Shown here piece by piece: positions 56,131 to 64,000 of a DNA stretch of 64,000 nucleotides (its first letter is position 1; the number at the start of each line of letters is the position of its first letter). Location: assembly GCF_009914755.1 (NCBI RefSeq), contig NC_060930.1. One strand, written 5' to 3'. This DNA comes from the human T2T-CHM13v2.0 reference genome, Homo sapiens. The position numbers were made by a program, and so were the translations under genes. Under the pieces are notes generated by a model that was not told the DNA's origin, did not search any database, and saw only the letters and a list, made by a program, of their open reading frames with translations.

Positions 56131-58129
56131 AATCTAACAAACCTAGCCTTTTCTTCCTGTAGCCTATGTCCTCTATGTCATTTTCTATACACACCTTAAT
56201 TATTCATGTCTATATGCTTAATCTTATGTGTGTGATTTTTTTTCTAATGTACATGGATCTTTACTTTTACTTTTGGAAATCCTTTCTAATCTTCCATTGT
56301 ATTTAAAATACCTTGTCATCTCACAAAATATTGTTTTTCCTGCTGTAATAACCTCCAGCTTCTTCTCTGTGTACATATTTTAAATTTCTTTTTATATTAC
56401 TTACCTATTATACAAAGAAACAAGACTTATTTATGTTTACATCCTCCATATTTTTCTCTAGTAACCTGTCCTTAGTAGATCCTTATAAGCATTCTGTGAA
56501 TAAAGGCCTAAATAAATGAACCCAGATTAAGGTCTTCAATTATTTCAAGCTATCAAATCAGCCCTATTTAAAAGTTTGCTTTAGTAGAAGCCTTAATATT
56601 TTAATACTTTAGTATAAACACAGTTGGGTCTCATGAGTTGTAGTAAAATTTTCTTAGTTATAATAAATGGAAGCATCTTCCACCAGGATGCTTTTATTTA
56701 GTGGATATGAGATAAGTAAGGGTTAATGAATAAGTTTTTTTTTTTTTTTTTTTACTCTAGGCAAGTTAAATACAAGAAAGATCATTCAATTATCTCTTAT
56801 TATATGAGTAATGTGAAGAGATTTCCATTGAAATACAAAAAAAGAGTAAAAGAATAATGAATTCAAGTGAGTTAGTTCAATAGCATATTTCCTCATACTA
56901 GAGATTGATTAAAAAAATTAAAATTTAAACAAGATCTATCAATACAAATTTGGAAAATGTCTGAAAACCATGTGTCTTGAATTGTGCTAGTGGGACACTT
57001 TAAGCCTGAGCAAGCTTCTTTCAAGCTATAAGTACAGTACTCTATGATTTTATTTTGAAGTTCAATCCCTTTCTGTTTTGTTCATTCCATCCAGTTGGAT
57101 CAATTTCTCATTTCTCTATTAATATTTTATACTGTTTTACTACTCCATGTGAATCAGCTTTTACTTAGTTATTTTATTCTCTTTTCTATATCTATTTTAA
57201 AGAATAACCCCTAAAGGCAGTTTGAAAGATGTAATAGAGTAACAATTATAGAAGAAAACAAGTATGTGAATGGGTGGGTGAAGGAATGAATGGATGGATT
57301 CTGTCCAGAAAGGCCGAGATGCAGAATATTGGGAAGTGGATATTCTAAACATCAGGATCTTCTATAAACACTACAGGACAGGCAAAGACTTGCTTTTCAG
57401 TTGGTGATATTTTCATACATATATTTGAATTAATGGTGTACTGTGTTGCATATGCAGATTAGAAAAACAACACTTGGCTGATAAAAATTACATTGTAACT
57501 ATCAACTTCAGTTAATTAAAAATGAGAATTTTTAATAATTTGTATTTTTAAATAAACCCACATATAAATCCAAAAGAGCTCTGCAGAAAGAGTAAGAAAT
57601 ATTAAGAAATATTTGCATCAAAAGGAAAACAAATGCCTAAATTTTGACAAAGGTAATGGGTGTAAGAAGTAGACCATTTTTAACTCAAAGCTATGCTAGA
57701 GAATACTGTTATAGTATCAGATTGTCTGAGCCATCACATCCTAATTAGATCATGACTCTGTAATATTGACAACTTTGAATCTCTCAGATAAATATCTCAA
57801 GAGAAAAAGATGACTAACAGAAAACTTAATTTAAAATCTCAATCTTTTCTGGTAACCCAGAAAATATTCTGATAACATGCAATTATCTTTAATAATCTTA
57901 GATAATGGCTGTATGATACGGGGAATGTCCTGTATATCCATTCCTTCTGAGAAACAATTGTGGTTACAGTTGGCATTTTTGAGTGTAAGTGCTGCTTCTA
58001 TAATAGCAACTGCCCTGAAAAGTTTGGCAATAAGTAAGATTAATGACTGAGAACCACAAAACTATGTTGGAATCACTGTTATTTATGAAACATCAGGAAC
58101 ATCCATCTCTGTCTGCTCATTCTAGAACT

Positions 58130-58310
58130 GCATAATGGAAAGAACACAGAAATGGAAGTCAGTTGGTCAAGGTCACAATTTAAACTCTGCCTCAAACTGG
58201 TTGTGTGACCTTGGTCATCTTTCATAAATCTAAGGTGTACCTATGTTACAGCAATGAGTGGATTACATTAGATTGACACTGAAACCTCTTCTAGTTCAGC
58301 TCTAAAATTT
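58130..58310 (+). mobile_element. MIR fragment
   Basis: ataatggaaagaacacagaa...ctctgcc...tgtgtgaccttgg. Confidence 0.55.
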
Positions 58311-58845
58311 TGTAAATCTGAAACATTTGTCAGCATATAAGAAACATATGTACTGTGAATTGAGAGAAACTCCTGCTACCATTCTACAAATAATTAAACA
58401 TTTGATTTTAATCTATGAACTACGAATTTTCTACATTTTTCCTCTTGTTTATACCATTGCAGGCTTATTTCTAATGCCAACTTTTATCATCTAAATTTAA
58501 TCTAAATTTTAATATCTGACAACGTAGAAACCAACTATTTGGCATGCAGTTGTTTACCTAAAAGATCCAAAGATAAATACTTTGCAGATAACCTGAATAG
58601 CCAGGATTTCCAAATGTTCTGTGTTTTGTAATGTGTTAAATCACTTTTAGATCTGATGTGCTATTTCATTATACAAAGAAAATTTAGTAGAAATAAAAAC
58701 CAATTAAATATTGCTTCATAAAATGGCCCATGGATACCAGAAATACTAAAAAATACAAATTTCTGTAGAAATACCATAGAATTACTTGCTAGAACATACT
58801 GAAAAATCTAAATGTGAGCTTAACCCAAGGGCAATAAACATAACT

Positions 58846-59282
58846 GTGGGTCTTAATGCATTTAGTGTTGCTAAATACATGAGGCTGGGAAATTCATAAA
58901 GAAAACAGGTTTATTTATCTCACAATTCTAGTGGCTGGAAAGTCCAAGAACATGACACTAGCATCTGCTTGCCTTCTGATGAGGGCCATGTGCTGCTACA
59001 AGACATGGCAGGAAAGTGGAAAGGTGAGGGGTGTGAGTAAAGAGAGGTCCCAAAAAGGAGGGGGAAATAATTCTTTTATAATCCACTCTCGCAGTAACAA
59101 ATCCATTCTGGCAAGAGGGAGAACACACTTATTTCCAATGAGATAGCATTACTTCATTCATAAGGGAATTGCCTACATGACACAAACAACTCCCACTAGG
59201 CTCCACATCCCAACATGGTTACAGTGGCAATTAAATCTCAATATGAGTATTGGCAGGGACAAACCACATTCAAACCACAGCA
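58846..59282 (-). mobile_element. MST-type MaLR solo LTR
   Basis: gaggctgggaaattcataaagaaaa...ggctggaaagtccaag...cccactaggctccac...caaaccacagca. Confidence 0.85.
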
Positions 59283-59404
59283 ACTATGACAATCTCAAGC
59301 TGATTTAGTTCCCAGTAGAAATATTAGATTTCCTATAATCCCTGATTATAGAAGCCAGGAAAAGAGGAAGTGAATAGTAGAAAATGGAGGATGTCCAGTT
59401 ACCA

Positions 59405-59829
59405 TATATAGTTAATTTTGTGTGTCAACTTCACTGGACCACAGGACCCACAGATTTGGTTAAACATTATTTCTAGTTGTGTCTGTGAGGGTATTTCTGG
59501 ATGAGATTAACATATGAATTAATAGACTGAGTAAAGCAGATTGCTATCCCCAGTGTGGGTGGGCCTCATTCAGTTCTTTTAAGACCAGAATAAAATAAAA
59601 AATGATGTAAGAAAGAGTTTTCTCTCTCTCTGCCTTACTGTCCTGGACCTGAGATATTGGTCACTTTCTCCCTTCCAACATGGACTAGGAATGGAACTAT
59701 ACCACTGACTATCCTGTATCTGGATTCTTCAGCTTCCATAATTATGTGACCAATTCCTTATAATACACACACAGGCACATACACACATTCTATTAGTTTT
59801 GTTTCTCTGGAGAATCTTTACCAAAGCAC
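59405..59829 (+). mobile_element. MLT2 solo LTR
   Basis: gttaattttgtgtgtcaactt...ggatgagattaacat...gactgagtaaagcagattgc...gtttctctggagaa. Confidence 0.85.
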
Positions 59830-60085
59830 TCTATATCTGATGGGTTGGCCACCACTGGCTAAAGAACAGCCTATCTCTGGAACAGGAAAACTAAAAATGG
59901 ACAACGTATTGTTCCTTATCACTGTTGGCTTAAGCATAGGTATCTAAACCATTATGCAACTGTAATAATCCAATACACATATATCTATTTCCCCCTCACA
60001 CACATAGTGCAGACTCATCAGGAATGAAATCATGTCTGGCAGTAAACAAAACAGAGTCATTCTATATGAATTATTATAATAGAAG

Positions 60086-60310
60086 TTAATATTTACTTGA
60101 ATATTTACCATGTGTGAGGCTCTGAGCTAAACATTTTTACAATTATCATATTTGATTCTGCAAAATTCCAACAAGTACTACTATCATAATCTGCATCTTG
60201 CAGATGAGACAACTAAAATTTAGAGAGGATAAGTAATGTCCATTTCATATCTGAGAAGTAATATTCCTGGTCTTAAATTAAGTCTTGATAACTTTAAAGC
60301 AATTCTTTTA
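60086..60310 (-). mobile_element. MIR
   Basis: catcttgcagatgagacaactaa (antisense core). Confidence 0.6.
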
Positions 60311-61834
60311 ATCAATTGCTATAAATTTTGAATATTGGACTGTAACAGTGGCAAAGTGACCCAAGAGAACAAGACTTCTAGGATCACAGGATGTGCTGTT
60401 TACTACTTTTTATTCAACAAGCAACTCATGTTAGTCTTTGGTTGAGTAACATCTTGAATGTTTTAATCTCTATAAAGCTCTTGTAGAGCATAAATCATGA
60501 GTCCTTCCATTTATTCCCCATAGGGGCTACCACAGCTAGGAGGCCAGAGTGCTCTGGCTTTTCCACTGATAAATTTTTATTTTACAATATTTGATATACA
60601 AGTATTCACATATTGTACACTTTTAAATTTAGTTATGTGAAAATTCAGATGAAGCATATGAACACATTGAGTATACAAATAGCAATTTTCAAAACAACTT
60701 TTTTTAAGATTAAGATACAGGACAGATAGTAAAATAAATTTTTCCTCCTGTTTTTGTCCCTAAACAACCTTTATTTACAATTCAAATATTTCCTGCCTCT
60801 TGCTTGCTCTTCCCTACACTGCCTATATACAGCAAAATAAATAAATAAATAAATAAATAAATTAGAGGAAAACAAGAGACAAAGGGGAAACAATGTTTGC
60901 CTTTTACCATTAAGAAAAAAATATAAAAATAAAACCTTTCCCCAGAAAGGGTTTGGGAGGCCATTTCCTTTCTCTCCAATCTCAAAAATTATTCATGAGT
61001 AATGTTCATTATCATCATGTGATTATCTAATAATATATTTAGGTCACTCTCATTTCCATTAATAAGGAATGATCTATATTCACATTTCTGTAACTTAGTT
61101 CATCTTCTCATCAATTCTAGTAATTGAAGAGATCTTTCCTCAATAAATGAAGCATATGACCAGCTTCACAAACTTTACTCTTCTTACAATTATTATGTTT
61201 CTTTTTACAAAAATAAAAAGTAGAATATATTCCATTGTCTGTAAGAGTAAAATTTTAAAATAATTTAAGGAAATAGCTTTGGTAGTAATACATAAGGCTC
61301 TTGCTTCCAAATGGCAAGGAGCTATGGGAGAATTGGAGAGGTGTTCTCATTTGCACAGTAAACACTGTAATTGTTTTTCCTGTGGGAATGGAAAGTATAA
61401 TATATATGGTGTGCTTTTGCTGGCAATTTTCCCTTGGAAAATTAAACTTATCTTATTTGGATAATATTTTGTCCAGAATTTTACCAGTGACATGACTTGG
61501 ATTACTCTGTTCATAAAATCTATTAGCTAACAGATAACCTCAAAAATTGAGAAACATGACTTTACAAAAACAGTTATGAGGAAATGTATCACTTTTCAAC
61601 AATTTTTTTTAAAATTCTGCATAGATATTTCCCCATAAAATAAATGTTTAAGTAACTAAAATAATTTTGATATATTTCTAATTATTTATCCCTAATGATA
61701 AAACTGTCCTCTTTGGGGAGAGGGGGAATCCATCTTTTTTACTTCATTATAAAAACTAGGGGCTTTATAATTTATATAAACCTAAAATTTTAAAATTGTA
61801 CAGGCACATATTACTTAGGACCAGGAATATAAGA

Positions 61835-62581
61835 TTTTTTTAACTTTTATATTAAGTTCAGGAGGTACATGTGTAGGTTTGTTATGTAAGTAAATCCATG
61901 TCATGGAGGTTTGTTGTACAGATTATTTTGTCATCTTGGTATCGAGCCTAGTACCAATTAGTTATCTTTCTTGATCCTCTTCCTCCTTGCACCTTCCACC
62001 CTCTGATATATCCCAGTGTCTGTTGTTTCGCTTTATATGTCTATGTGTCCTAACATTTAGCTCCCACTTAATAGTGAAAACAGGCTGTGTTTGATTCTTA
62101 TGTTAGTTTGCTAAGGATAATAACCCCAGTGCCATCCATGTGCCTTCAAAGGGCATGATTTCATTTTTATGGCTGCATAGTATTCCATGGTGTGTATGTA
62201 TCATATTTTCTTTGTCCAGTACACCATTGATGGGCATTTAGGTTGATTCCATGTCTTTGCTATCGTAAATAGTGCTGAGATGAACATATACATTGCATGT
62301 GTCTTTATAATAGAATGATTTATATTCCTTTGGGTGTATACTTAGTAATGAGATTGCTGGGTAGTTTTATTTTTAGATCTTCAAGGAATTACCAAACTAT
62401 TTTCTACAATAATTGAACAAATTTACACTCCTATCAACAGTTTTTAAGTGTTCCTTTTTCTCTGCAACCTCACTAGCACCTGTTATTTTTGACTTTTTAA
62501 TAGTAGCCATTCTTACTGGTGTGAGATGGTTTCTCATTGTGGTTTTGATTCGTATTTCTCTAATGATCAGTGTTGGTCAGC
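61835..62581 (-). mobile_element. Older primate L1 (L1PA13-16/L1PB-like) 3' end
   Basis: aacttttatattaagttcagg...ggtttgttgtacagattatttt 3'UTR; interrupted by a younger L1. Confidence 0.85.

Positions 62582-64000
<1,419 letters not shown>

Noticed and set aside
56671-56693. Small hairpin aagcatct...ggatgctt followed by Ts
   Set aside because: Too short for a miRNA precursor, and intrinsic terminators are not relevant in this context.

Overview
AT-rich, repeat-dense primate (human-like) genomic DNA with no recognisable host protein-coding exon, RNA gene or prokaryotic-type system. Most of the window is transposable elements: old and young L1 pieces (mostly minus strand), about 13 Alu/FLAM/FRAM copies, L2/MIR, DNA transposons (Tigger1/3/4-type, HSMAR2), solo LTRs (MLT2, MLT1, MST, THE1, LTR27/28-like) and two minus-strand endogenous retroviruses. 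These are a ~5.6 kb HERV-H (about 5722-11350) and a ~3 kb HERV-L pol/dUTPase fragment (about 49181-52240). The most unusual structure is the HERV-H 3' end. Its 3' LTR stops after 81 bp, switches at a TCAG microhomology into a 131-bp copy of the element's own internal sequence, and then ends in an LTR-like TGAAA, so the 3' poly(A) signal is lost while the 5' LTR7 promoter and splice donor are intact. The 43.5-45.8 kb zone holds several unusual micro-insertions. Repeat family names come from recalled consensus sequences and were not checked by search; boundaries of old elements are approximate. I found no convincing new biological system, only structural oddities worth testing.
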